Below, piece by piece: positions 41,105-50,613 of a DNA stretch of 64,000 bases. The stretch is taken from the NCBI GenBank assembly GCA_965202805.1, contig OZ241869.1:1312001-1376000 (forward strand). Reading direction: 5' to 3'. Numbering within the stretch: position 1 is the first letter of the stretch; the number at the start of each line of letters is the position of its first letter. The DNA is from Longimicrobiales bacterium (GTDB lineage Bacteria > Gemmatimonadota > Gemmatimonadetes > Longimicrobiales > Gaopeijiaceae). The position numbers and the translations under genes were made by a program. The notes under the pieces are model-generated. The model had not been told where the DNA came from. It saw nothing but the letters and a program-made list of their open reading frames with translations, and did not search any database.

Positions 41105-44100
41105 CTAGAAGGTGACCCTCATGCCGGCGGTGATCGTCCTCCGCTGCCCGAGGAACTGCGGTCGGTCGAAGAAGGTGGAATCCGTGTTGGTTCCCACCGT
41201 GTTCCCCGCCCGGCGGCGGCTCTGGTCCTCGGCGCCGTCGGTGCACTTCCCGGTCGACTCGTAGACCTGAATGCAGTTTGCGCGGTCGGTCAGGTTGTTG
41301 ACGTTGACAAAGAACCCATAGCGGACGTTGTTGATGGTCCAGTCTTTGCGCGCCTGCATGTTGAGGGTCATGAGCATGGGCGCCCGTCCGCTGTAGCGGT
41401 CGAACTGGTTGAGTTCGCCGAAGCCCGCAAACGACAACGTGGGCGTGTACGGCAATCCGCTCGAAGCGGAGAAGATCACGGAGAGGTTGGTGTTGGCGAG
41501 CAGGTCGCCGAACGGGATGTCGGGCACGTCGTCGCGCACCGCGAGCCGGAAGACGCCGGTGAACTTGTGGGGCTGGTCGATCTCGCATGGGATCTCGTCC
41601 CGAACGAAGGGATCGCCCTCCTCCGTCTGGGCCTCGAATTCCCGCTCCGGGTCGGCCGCATTCGTGCGGCAGGCCGAGAGACCGTAGTTGACGTCGAAAC
41701 CCCAGTAGTTCTCCACACGCCGGCGCAGCGCGACCTCAATTCCCCGCGTGGTCGCGAAGTCCTGGTTCGTGAGGATGGCGTAGTCGAGCGCCGAGAAACC
41801 GTAAGTGGCGCCCGGATCGATCACCAGGTAGGGTTGGCGGCCGACGCGAGCGACGCCGGTCAGGCCGCTCTGGTCCTTCGAGAAGATGACCGCCGAGAGC
41901 GCGTACTGGCCGTCGATCTCCTGCGAGTATCCGATCTCGTAGGTCGTTGCCTGTTCGGTGACCAGGTGCGGGTTGCCGAGGAAGGGCGTAGTGCCCGCGG
42001 AAGCGTTCACGAAGATAGCGGGTCCGGCGCTGGTCCCCTCCCGCGCCGTGCCGATGCCCGAGTTCCTGTAGTTGTTGATCAGGATCGGGTTCTGCGAGAG
42101 ACGCTGGAAGTTCAGGAACAGGCTCGAGCTCTCCGTAACGGGGAAGCTCACGCCGATCCGGGGGGAGAACTGCGAGCGGGTATCGGCCTCCGAGAAGTCG
42201 TCGGAAGATGCGATGCGCGTGGCTTCGTCGCGGACCTCGAAGGTGCAGCCGGCCAGCGTCCAGCTCGGATCGGCCGAAACGGTGGACGTGCTGAAGGTTT
42301 CGGTGGCCGGGTCGTATTCGCGAACCGAGACGTTCTGCCACTGCGACGGGTTGCTGCATACATCGAGCGCGGTGGTGCCGTTGGTCGGGTCGACGGGGTT
42401 GGCGAAGAAGAGCCCGGTCGCTCTCCCGTAGTCGAAGCGCGCGCCCAGCTTGAGCGTCAGGAAATCGTATTCGATCTGATCCTGGATGTAGACGGCTCCG
42501 TCCCAGGGCTGGGCTTCGAAGAGCTGATGCAGCTTGACGACGTCGTTCACGCCCACGTCCTGCCATTCGTCGTAGGTCAGGTCGTGGCCCTGGTAGAACA
42601 CGCCGCCGGAGATGTTGTGGTTGTCGGAGACCTGCGACTGGAAGTCGAAGCGCCCGGTCGTCGTCAGGACGCTTTCGCCTCCCCAGAAGGCATCGGTCCC
42701 GGCGGTCGGCGTGTTGCTGTACACGGCGGGCCCCGGAGCGACGAACCCCCCGTTGAAGTTGGGGTCTTCGTAGTGGTTCTCGAGGCAGACGCCGCTGACG
42801 ACGTTGCAGGTCTCGCGGCTCTGGTCGAAGCGCCCCACGGTGATCTTGTAGGCGGAGCGCCCGAAGGTGTGGTCCCAGCGCGCGATCAACAGGTTGCGGT
42901 CCAGCCGGAGCGAGTTCTGAGCCAGGTTCTGGTAGTCCAGCGTCCGCGGCCGCGCGAGGTAGTAGGCGCTGTCGGTGGCGGTGGTCATGTATTCGAGCGG
43001 GTTGACGGCGAGGGTCCAGTCGAAATCGAAGGGCTTGAACTCGCGCTCGTACCCCGCCCAGGAGACGTTCAGCTTGGCCGCCGGGGTCGCGTAGTAGGTG
43101 AGCTTGGCGTAGCCGTCCCGGACCTCGTCGAATCCGGTCGACCGCCAGCCGGGGATGACGTCGTTGGCGTCGGGCGTGTTGAACTCGGTGGACGGGTTCG
43201 ACGGGTCGAAGACGTCGTCGTCGAACTCGTACGCACGGGCCGCCCCGTACCTCTGCCTGCCGGCGATGAGGAAGCGCAGGTTGTCGCCGGTCATGGGGAT
43301 GGGCCCGGAGATGACGCCCTCGAACATGTCGAACCCGCGGGTCTGGTCGTACTGGTTGCCCAGCCATCCACCCACCTGGGAGGACCGGAATTCAAGCTCG
43401 CCCTGGAGTTCGTCGCTACCCTCGGGCGTGGCGTAGTTGACGACTCCCGAGAGGGCGTTTCCGTACTGCACGTCCAGCTGCCCGGTGAAGATCGCCACCT
43501 GCTCGATGGCCTTGTTGGTGATGTCGAAGGCCGGGCCGCCGAGCGCGAAGTTGTTGATCGGGATGCCGTCGATCATGACCGTGGTCTCGGCTCCGCGGCC
43601 GCCGCGGATGCGCAGGGCCGTAACCCCCTGCCTCTGCTGCGCGAAGGAGACCACGGTGGTGTTGTCCTCCGGAACCTGCAGGAAGCCCTGCTCCAGCTCG
43701 AGCACGCCCATGATGTCGGTCACCGGCAGCGCGTCGATCTCGTCCTTGGAGATCATCTCGAGCGAACCGGTCTGGCCCTCCACCACCAGCGGAGTGCGAC
43801 TGGTGGAGACCACGACCTCACCCAGTGCGATGGCCTCGGTGGCCAACTGGAAGTTCTGCTGCACCGTGACGTCGATGGAGACGGCGACGTTCTCCCGCCG
43901 CTCGCTGGCGTAGCCGATGAGTTCCGCGACCAGCGTGTACGTGCCGGGGGGAACGTTGATGATGAAAAAGCGCCCGTTTTCCTGGGTCAGCGACCCGCGT
44001 CCGGTTCCGTCGAGGAAGACCGAAACGTTGGCAAGGGGCTCGCCGGTGGCCTGATCCGTGACCACGCCGGTCATTTTTCCGGTCTGGGCGGCTGCGGGCG

Positions 44101-44170
44101 CGGCGGAGAGCAGAACCGCCGCCACGGCGACCCCGAGCAGTGCCGGGATCGTGGACAGAATACGTGTCAT
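41105..44170 (-). CDS. TonB-dependent receptor
   Basis: AAGGAGG RBS before ATG 44170; carboxypeptidase-regulatory-like domain; plug IRGGR...IDGIPI, YGNALSGVVN; FSPRIG; C-terminal GMRVTF. Confidence 0.92.
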   Translation of the reverse strand: MTRILSTIPALLGVAVAAVLLSAAPAAAQTGKMTGVVTDQATGEPLANVSVFLDGTGRGSLTQENGRFFIINVPPGTYTLVAELIGYASERRENVAVSIDVTVQQNFQLATEAIALGEVVVSTSRTPLVVEGQTGSLEMISKDEIDALPVTDIMGVLELEQGFLQVPEDNTTVVSFAQQRQGVTALRIRGGRGAETTVMIDGIPINNFALGGPAFDITNKAIEQVAIFTGQLDVQYGNALSGVVNYATPEGSDELQGELEFRSSQVGGWLGNQYDQTRGFDMFEGVISGPIPMTGDNLRFLIAGRQRYGAARAYEFDDDVFDPSNPSTEFNTPDANDVIPGWRSTGFDEVRDGYAKLTYYATPAAKLNVSWAGYEREFKPFDFDWTLAVNPLEYMTTATDSAYYLARPRTLDYQNLAQNSLRLDRNLLIARWDHTFGRSAYKITVGRFDQSRETCNVVSGVCLENHYEDPNFNGGFVAPGPAVYSNTPTAGTDAFWGGESVLTTTGRFDFQSQVSDNHNISGGVFYQGHDLTYDEWQDVGVNDVVKLHQLFEAQPWDGAVYIQDQIEYDFLTLKLGARFDYGRATGLFFANPVDPTNGTTALDVCSNPSQWQNVSVREYDPATETFSTSTVSADPSWTLAGCTFEVRDEATRIASSDDFSEADTRSQFSPRIGVSFPVTESSSLFLNFQRLSQNPILINNYRNSGIGTAREGTSAGPAIFVNASAGTTPFLGNPHLVTEQATTYEIGYSQEIDGQYALSAVIFSKDQSGLTGVARVGRQPYLVIDPGATYGFSALDYAILTNQDFATTRGIEVALRRRVENYWGFDVNYGLSACRTNAADPEREFEAQTEEGDPFVRDEIPCEIDQPHKFTGVFRLAVRDDVPDIPFGDLLANTNLSVIFSASSGLPYTPTLSFAGFGELNQFDRYSGRAPMLMTLNMQARKDWTINNVRYGFFVNVNNLTDRANCIQVYESTGKCTDGAEDQSRRRAGNTVGTNTDSTFFDRPQFLGQRRTITAGMRVTF

Positions 44171-44460
44171 GGTTGCCTCCTTTAACCAGCGAAAAGCGGG
44201 CGCCGCCTGACAGGCGCGCCCGCTCCCGAAGCGCTGACACGAACGATTGATATTCGTGTCAGGGCGTTTCGAATTCGTTATGGGGTTGTTGGAAGATGTC
44301 GACCGAACGATGGATTGTGTCACAGGCAACCTCCATGGTTGAGAGTGCACTCGCAAAAGTGCGTCCGAACCATGTACAGGACGGCCGGCGACCTGCTCCC
44401 CAACCCTTTTTCGGTACTCCCCCCACCAAGTCGCTGACCTCGGTACGTCAGCCCGGATTT
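44171..44460 (-). promoter_or_regulatory. Long structured 5' leader of the TBDR operon, attenuator-like
   Basis: Stems at about 44195-44224 (followed by TTTT on the minus strand), 44234-44261, 44334-44374 and 44433-44452. An 8-nt segment at 44324-31 is complementary to the RBS-proximal 44171-78. Confidence 0.5.
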
Positions 44461-44464
44461 GAGC

Positions 44465-44492
44465 ATTGTAACACAGCCGCCAAGGGTTGCAA
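44465..44492 (-). promoter_or_regulatory. Sigma70-type promoter for the TBDR operon
   Basis: Minus strand TTGCAA-N16-TACAAT with an extended -10 TG. Confidence 0.55.
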
Positions 44493-44640
44493 AGGGGTGT
44501 CCCGGCCCGGGATCCGGGACGCGCGAGGCGGGGTATCTGCAGTTGGGATCGGCGGAATGCGACGAGATCGCGGTTACCTTCTCGTTACATAAGCCTGATC
44601 GGACCGTGACAATCATGCTTCCCGCGAAGCCAGCCCCCGG

Positions 44641-46776
44641 ATGAACATGAGAGCTTTTGCTTCGGCAATTCGAGCGATGCTCGCGGTGCCGGCGGTGTCG
44701 TGGAGCCTGCTGGCGTCGGGAGCGCTTGCCTGCGGCCTCATGTGGGGGTCCTGGCAAAACCTTTGCGGCGACTGCCCGTCCATCGCCCAGATCCACAACT
44801 GGGAGCCCCGGCAGACCTCGAAACTGCTCGCCCGCGACGGCCGCATCATCTCGGAGTTCGGCATCCAGCGCCGTACCCCGGTGGCCATCGGTTCCCTGCC
44901 CGCCTATGTCCCGGGAGCCTTCGTCGCGGTGGAGGACAAGCGCTTCTACAGCCACGGCGGCGTGGACCCGATAGGCATAACGCGTGCCCTGCGCGACCTC
45001 GTCCTCACCCGATCCCTGGAGCACGGCGGCGGAAGCACGCTGACCCAGCAGCTGGCGCGCAACATATGGGACGAGGACATCGGCTTCGAAAAGCGGCTCG
45101 TACGCAAGCTCAAGGAGGCGCAGGTGGCGCTGGAGCTCGAGCGCGCCTATACGAAGGACCAGATTCTCGAAGCCTACATGAACCAGGTGAACTACGACGG
45201 CGTGTATGGCATCGAGGCGGCCGCCCGCAAGTATTTCGGCAAGCCGGCGACGCAGATAAACCCGGCGGAGGCCGCGCTCCTTGCGGCGATTCCGAACCGT
45301 CCGCGCCGCTACAACCCCTTCCTCAACCCGGAAGAGGCGGGATTGCGGCGCGATCTGGTTCTGCGCCGAATGGCCGAGCAGGAGATCATCAGCCCGGCGG
45401 AGCTGGAACGGTGGTCGGCGGTCCCGCTGCCGACGCCCGGCACCCGCAGCGGAGGCCCGGTAGCGCCCTACTTCGAGGAATGGATCAGGCAGATCCTGGA
45501 CGACCGCTACGGCAGCCAGCTGTACACGGCGGGCCTCGAAATCCAGACCACGCTCGACCTGGACATGCAGTTCCTGGCCGAGCGGGCCATGGAGTGGGGA
45601 TTCGGGCGCATCGAGGCACGGCCCGGGTTCGGTCATCCGCTGTACGGGGAGTTCGCCGAAGCCACCGAGGCCTTCGAGACCCCGTACGTCCAGGGGGCGA
45701 TGATTGTCCTGGAGCCTTCGACCGGCGAGGTGCTCGCGATGGTGGGCGGCCGGGATTTCGTCCACTCCAAGTTCAACCGCGCAACCCAGGCCATGCGCCA
45801 GCCGGGCTCGTCGTTCAAGCCCTTCGTCTACGCGGCGGCGGTCGAGAGCGGCATCCCGCCCTCGCACGTGGTGGTCGACGCGCCCTTCGCCTACATGCAG
45901 GTAAGCGGCGAGCCCTGGCTGCCCCAGAACTTCGACGAGATCTTCAAGGGGCGCATGACCATCCGACAGGGATTGCGGGAATCGCGCAACATGATCGCCA
46001 TCCGGCTCGGATGGGACGACGTGGGTATCGAGACCGTCGCCCAGATGGCCACCCGTCTCGGCCTGAGCAGCGACATCCCGCGCTTCCCCTCGACCACCAT
46101 CGGCTCGGCAGAGGTGCTTCCCATCGACATGGCCAAGGCGTACGCGTCCTTCGCCACCCTGGGTACGCGGGTCGAGCCCCACGGCATCCTGCGGGTGGAG
46201 AACTCCGCGGGCGAGGTACTCTGGGAGCCGCAGCCCGAGAAGACGCCGGTGATGGACAGCCTGGAAGCGCGGGTCATCGTGCACATGCTGGAGGACGTGG
46301 TCGCGGCTGGAACCGGCTACCTGGCGATCCGCGTGGTCGCCGGGCTTTCGCACGACGTTCCCGCAGCCGGCAAGACCGGCACCACCAACAACTCGACGGA
46401 TGCGTGGTTCAACGGGTTCACACCCGACCTGCACGCGCTCGTCTGGTACGGGATGGACCAGCCGCAGGAGATCCGCCCGGGATCCACCGGCGGCGGGGAC
46501 GCGGCTCCGGTGTGGGGCACCTTCATGCGCAGCGTCTACTACGGGTGGGAGGGTGACGAGACCCACCCCGACATCCCCCCGCTGCGGGAAATCCCCGCGC
46601 GCTGGCCGCTGCCGGAGACCCTCATCCGGCTCCAGGTGGACAACAAGACGGGTTTGCTGGCGTCGGAGTGGTGTCCGGAAGTCCAGCGCTACCAGGAGAT
46701 CTTCATTCCGGGCACGGAGCCGACCGAGCCCTGTGACGCCTCGCGGATCTTCGGCGGCGTGCCGGAGCCTCGCTGA
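44641..46776 (+). CDS. Class A penicillin-binding protein (PBP1A family)
   Basis: Transglycosylase EDKRFYSH, GGSTLTQQL, RKLKE; transpeptidase SSFK, SRN, KTG. Confidence 0.95.
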   Translation: MNMRAFASAIRAMLAVPAVSWSLLASGALACGLMWGSWQNLCGDCPSIAQIHNWEPRQTSKLLARDGRIISEFGIQRRTPVAIGSLPAYVPGAFVAVEDKRFYSHGGVDPIGITRALRDLVLTRSLEHGGGSTLTQQLARNIWDEDIGFEKRLVRKLKEAQVALELERAYTKDQILEAYMNQVNYDGVYGIEAAARKYFGKPATQINPAEAALLAAIPNRPRRYNPFLNPEEAGLRRDLVLRRMAEQEIISPAELERWSAVPLPTPGTRSGGPVAPYFEEWIRQILDDRYGSQLYTAGLEIQTTLDLDMQFLAERAMEWGFGRIEARPGFGHPLYGEFAEATEAFETPYVQGAMIVLEPSTGEVLAMVGGRDFVHSKFNRATQAMRQPGSSFKPFVYAAAVESGIPPSHVVVDAPFAYMQVSGEPWLPQNFDEIFKGRMTIRQGLRESRNMIAIRLGWDDVGIETVAQMATRLGLSSDIPRFPSTTIGSAEVLPIDMAKAYASFATLGTRVEPHGILRVENSAGEVLWEPQPEKTPVMDSLEARVIVHMLEDVVAAGTGYLAIRVVAGLSHDVPAAGKTGTTNNSTDAWFNGFTPDLHALVWYGMDQPQEIRPGSTGGGDAAPVWGTFMRSVYYGWEGDETHPDIPPLREIPARWPLPETLIRLQVDNKTGLLASEWCPEVQRYQEIFIPGTEPTEPCDASRIFGGVPEPR

Positions 46777-46835
46777 CGACCGGTCGCGCCAGCCCCTGCG
46801 ATCCGGTCCTGCGTCGCTTGCCAGGCTGTTGGCGG

Positions 46836-48164
46836 TCAGAGTTGCTCGACCCCGGCGGCGGTTACCCGGTGGGACACCAGCGGCGGCTGTGCCGGGGGCG
46901 GCTCCGGAGCGATCGGGATCGCTCGCTCGAGAATCTTCGAAGCCCTGTCGGCGTCCGAGGGCGAGGCCGCGTAGACGACCCCCAGGGTGCTGCCGGCGGT
47001 CACCTCGTCGCCGACACGGATCTCCAGCCTGAACCCGACTCCCCGGTTGATGGTCGCGCCGAGCCGCGTCCGGCCCCCACCCAACTCGACCACTCCGCGG
47101 CCCAGCGCCCGCGGATCGATGGCCGCCGCGAATCCGCCCGATTGCGCGCGGACATAGCGGCGAACCCGCGCGGAGGGCAGCCTCTCGGGACGATGGATCG
47201 CCCGGGTGTCGCCCCCCTGAAGGGCGACCACGCGCGCGAAGCGTTCCAGCGGACGGCCCGAGTCCAGCGTGGCCGCCGCCTGCGCGCGGGCGCTCGCGGC
47301 ATCGGGCGCCAGACCTCCTGCGACCATCATCTGCGCGACGAGGGCAAGCGTGACCTCCCTGAGATCCGCGGGACCGCCGCCCGCCAGGCAATCCAGCGCC
47401 TCGGCCACCTCCAGCGCGTTGCCGACGGCCCGCCCGAGGGGACGATCCATCGAGGTCACCAGGGCGACGGTCTCGACTCCGGCGCGCATGCCCAGGGTCA
47501 CCATCGTTCGCGCCAGCTCCAGTGCGCGGTCGACCTCGGGAAGGAAGGCGCCGGAGCCCGTCTTCACGTCGAGCACCAGCCCGGTCAGTCCCTCCGCGAG
47601 CTTCTTGCTCATGATGCTGGTCGCGATGAGGGGGATCGACGACACCGTGCCGGTCACCGAGCGAAGATCGTAGAGCCGGCGGTCGAGGGGCGCGATCTCC
47701 GGGGTTTGCCCGATCATCGCGAACCGCTCGTGCTCCACGATCGACACGAAGTCGTCGAGCGCGATGTCGGTGCGGAAGCCCGGGATCGATTCGAGCTTGT
47801 CGAGGGTGCCGCCCGTGTGGCCGAGACCCCGGCCCGACATCATGGGCACGTAGAGCCCGAGTTCCGCGGCCAGCGGAGCCAGAACCAGCGAAACCTTGTC
47901 GCCGACGCCGCCCGTAGAGTGCTTGTCGACCCGGGGGCCGTCGAGATGGGAGAGATCGAGAGAAGCGCCCGAGGCGATCATGGTGTGCAGGACGGCATCC
48001 AGCTCGGTGCCCGAAAGGCCCCGGAACCAGACGGCCATCAGGAAGGCCGCCATCTGATAGTCGGGGACGTCGCCCTCGAGATACGCGCGCAGGAAGGCCT
48101 GCAGCTCTCCGGCCTCCAGGGCCTGGCCGGCGCTCTTGCGCTCGATGATGCGAATCGCGCTCAT
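46836..48164 (-). CDS. pdp: Pyrimidine-nucleoside/thymidine phosphorylase
   Basis: DKHSTGGVGDK, SGRGLGHTGGTLDKLE, SIMSKK, DVKTGSGAF. Start ATG 48164. Confidence 0.93.
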   Translation of the reverse strand: MSAIRIIERKSAGQALEAGELQAFLRAYLEGDVPDYQMAAFLMAVWFRGLSGTELDAVLHTMIASGASLDLSHLDGPRVDKHSTGGVGDKVSLVLAPLAAELGLYVPMMSGRGLGHTGGTLDKLESIPGFRTDIALDDFVSIVEHERFAMIGQTPEIAPLDRRLYDLRSVTGTVSSIPLIATSIMSKKLAEGLTGLVLDVKTGSGAFLPEVDRALELARTMVTLGMRAGVETVALVTSMDRPLGRAVGNALEVAEALDCLAGGGPADLREVTLALVAQMMVAGGLAPDAASARAQAAATLDSGRPLERFARVVALQGGDTRAIHRPERLPSARVRRYVRAQSGGFAAAIDPRALGRGVVELGGGRTRLGATINRGVGFRLEIRVGDEVTAGSTLGVVYAASPSDADRASKILERAIPIAPEPPPAQPPLVSHRVTAAGVEQL

Positions 48165-48282
48165 GGGCGACGCGGGTGGTCGACGGCGACCGGAACGGGG
48201 TGCGATGTTGTTGGGGTCATATTGGGGTGACAGGTCGGGCAGAAGCCGGGCAAGGGCTTTCACAAAGGGAGAAACACCTCGC

Positions 48283-48720
48283 ATGCGGGTGCTCGGGATC
48301 GATTATGGCGAACGGCGAACAGGTGTCGCAATCAGCGATCCGACGGGCACCTTCGCCATGCCCCTGACCACCCTCATCCGCCGTCGCGGGAAGCGGCCGC
48401 CCCTGGGCGCCCTCCGGACGCTCGCACGTGATCACGGCGCGACTGCGCTGGTGGTTGGGCTCCCGCTCGCCGCCGACGGGACCGAGACGGAGTGGTGCGC
48501 GGAGGTGCGGCGTTTCGGGGACCGCCTTGGAAGCGGACTGGCACTCAGGGTGTACTATGTCGACGAACGCATGACATCCGCCCGCGCGGAACGGGTCGTG
48601 CGCTCGCTCGCACTGCCCCGGCGCAAGCGGGAGCAGAAGGAACGGGTGGATGCGGCGGCCGCTGCGCTGATTCTGCAGAGGTGGCTGGACGCGGGAGGAA
48701 AGAGCGCCTCAAGTGACTAG
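48283..48720 (+). CDS. ruvX: RuvX/YqgF putative pre-16S rRNA nuclease
   Basis: MRVLGIDYGERRTGVAISD, VVGLP, DERMTS, VDAAAAALILQ. Confidence 0.93.
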   Translation: MRVLGIDYGERRTGVAISDPTGTFAMPLTTLIRRRGKRPPLGALRTLARDHGATALVVGLPLAADGTETEWCAEVRRFGDRLGSGLALRVYYVDERMTSARAERVVRSLALPRRKREQKERVDAAAAALILQRWLDAGGKSASSD

Positions 48721-49951
48721 ATGGGTGAAGGCCGCGGCGGAGGCCGCCGGATCCGCAACCCGCGCGGCCATTCGGCGGGGCGCGGCCCTGGCGCGGAAGG
48801 CCTGGCATGGGTGGGCGGAAGGCGCTCCGGGCGCCGCAGCCTCGATGCTCCGGCGGGTCGTGGGCGGAGTGGCTGCCGCGACCCGCGCGGCCATTCGGTG
48901 GGGCGCGGCCCTGGGGTGGCAGAAGATCGTGGTGGGATCCGCTGCCGTCGTGATCCTGGTCGCCGGCATGTCGGTGCTGCTGTGGCTGGCGGAGCCGGTC
49001 GATACGCCCGGGGACGCGCCCGCGACCGGCGAGACCGTGGTGTTCACGGTACCGCCGGGCGCCACCTTCGGGCAGATCACCGACGCGCTGGTGGCGCGCG
49101 GACTGATCAGGCGACCCCGGCTCTTCCGCGCCTACGGGCGGCTGCGCCGGGACGAGCGCAACGTTCGCTCCGGCACCTACGCGCTCGCCGCCGGAACCGG
49201 ATGGGCAAGCCTGCTCGACGCCCTGGTCGAGGGCCGGGTCAGGATGGTGGCGGTCACCATTCCCGAAGGTTTCACCCTGCCCCGGATCGCGACCCGCATC
49301 GCCGGCATCACCGAACTCCCCGCCGACACCGTGCGCGTCAGGCTGGGAGGGCAGGAAGCCCACAAACGCTGGAGTCTGCCAGGCCCGGGATTGGAGGGCT
49401 ACCTGTTTCCGGATACCTACCTCTTCGCCGGAGGTGTCCCGCTGGACGCCGTCGTCGAGGCGATGAGCGAGCGCTACCGGGACTACTGGACTCCCGCGCG
49501 GGAGGCCCGGGCCGCGGAACTGGAGCTGTCGGAGCGGGAGGTGGTGACGCTGGCGTCAATCGTCCAGGCGGAGGCGCGCATGTTCGACGAAATGCCGGCG
49601 ATCTCGGCGGTCTACCACAACCGCCTGCGCATCGGCATGCTCCTTCAGGCCGATCCCACCGTGCTGTACGCGCTCGGCGGCCACCGCCCGCGCCTGCTCT
49701 TCGCCGCCATGGACTCGGTGGCCAACCACCCGTACAACACCTACACCCGGGGGGGTCTGCCCCCCGGCCCCATCGGGGCGCCCGGAGCCGCCGCGCTGGA
49801 CGCCGCGCTCCATCCGGCCGAGGCGGACTACCTGTACTTCGTCGCCAACGCCGACGGCTCGCACACCTTTTCGCGCACCCTGGCCGAGCACAACCGCGCC
49901 GTCGCGCGGGCGCGGCGGGCGGCCGCCGGGGCCGGTCCGGGCGGCGGATGA
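48713..49951 (+). CDS. mltG: Endolytic transglycosylase
   Basis: TIPEG, LEGYLFPDTY, LASIVQAE, LQADPT, PYNTY, GLPPGPI, YLYFVA. Confidence 0.93.
   Translation: MTRWVKAAAEAAGSATRAAIRRGAALARKAWHGWAEGAPGAAASMLRRVVGGVAAATRAAIRWGAALGWQKIVVGSAAVVILVAGMSVLLWLAEPVDTPGDAPATGETVVFTVPPGATFGQITDALVARGLIRRPRLFRAYGRLRRDERNVRSGTYALAAGTGWASLLDALVEGRVRMVAVTIPEGFTLPRIATRIAGITELPADTVRVRLGGQEAHKRWSLPGPGLEGYLFPDTYLFAGGVPLDAVVEAMSERYRDYWTPAREARAAELELSEREVVTLASIVQAEARMFDEMPAISAVYHNRLRIGMLLQADPTVLYALGGHRPRLLFAAMDSVANHPYNTYTRGGLPPGPIGAPGAAALDAALHPAEADYLYFVANADGSHTFSRTLAEHNRAVARARRAAAGAGPGGG
48753..48914 (+). repeat. 39-bp near-identical direct repeat (two copies, 123 bp apart) in the mltG 5' region
   Basis: 48753-48791 and 48876-48914 encode ATRAAIRRGAAL and ATRAAIRWGAAL. 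Confidence 0.85.
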
Positions 49952-50598
49952 CCGGCGCTCCGGACCGGCTCCGGCGCGCGCTCCGCCTGATGGTGATCAC
50001 CCACCCGCGCCCGGGCTGCGGGCGGCCGCTGGACGAGGTGGTCGAGGAGGTGGTGGCGGCCGGCGCGGGCGCCCTTCAGCTGCGCGACAAGGTGGCGCCG
50101 CCCCGCACGCTCCTCGGTCTGGCCCGCCGGCTGCGTGCCGTCACCGCCCGCCACGGGGCCCTGTTCATCGTCAACGACCGGCTCGACGTCGCCCTGGCGG
50201 CAGGTGCGGACGGCGTCCACCTGGGCCCCGACGATATCCCCGTGGCCGCGGCGCGCCGGGTGGTGCCGGACGGCTTCCTGCTCGGCCACTCGACCGACGA
50301 TCCCGCCGAGGCCCGCCGGGCGGAGGCCGACGGGGCCGACTACCTCGGCTGCGGGACCGTCTTCCCCACCACCAGCAAGGAGGACGCGGGGGCGGTGATC
50401 GGGGTCGGCGGACTCGCCGCCGTGGCGCGCGCGGTCCGCATCCCCGTGCTCGCCATCGGCGGCGTGACCGCCGGCCGCACCCCGCTCCTGGAGAGGAGCG
50501 GGGCGGGCGGGGTGGCGGTCATTTCGGCAGTGATGGCGGCCGACCGGCCGGCGAGCGCCACACGCCGGCTGCGGGAGGCGGTGAAGGGGTGGGGCTGA
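49948..50598 (+). CDS. thiE: Thiamine-phosphate synthase
   Basis: QLRDK, IVNDR, DGVHLG, GTVFPTTSK, AIGG. ATGA overlap with mltG. Confidence 0.93.
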   Translation: MTGAPDRLRRALRLMVITHPRPGCGRPLDEVVEEVVAAGAGALQLRDKVAPPRTLLGLARRLRAVTARHGALFIVNDRLDVALAAGADGVHLGPDDIPVAAARRVVPDGFLLGHSTDDPAEARRAEADGADYLGCGTVFPTTSKEDAGAVIGVGGLAAVARAVRIPVLAIGGVTAGRTPLLERSGAGGVAVISAVMAADRPASATRRLREAVKGWG

Positions 50599-50613
50599 CG
50601 AGCGCCGCCCCGA

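Noticed and set aside
44171..44460. Known riboswitch (cobalamin, TPP, c-di-GMP) upstream of the TonB receptor
   Set aside because: I could not find their conserved core motifs by eye; kept only as an unknown structured leader pending an Rfam scan.
48721..50598. 625-aa ThiE fusion
   Set aside because: The upstream part is an off-frame reading of mltG; thiE starts at ATG 49948 with an ATGA overlap. The same applies to the extended ORF-track calls for aroB, mpg, etfA and pilD.
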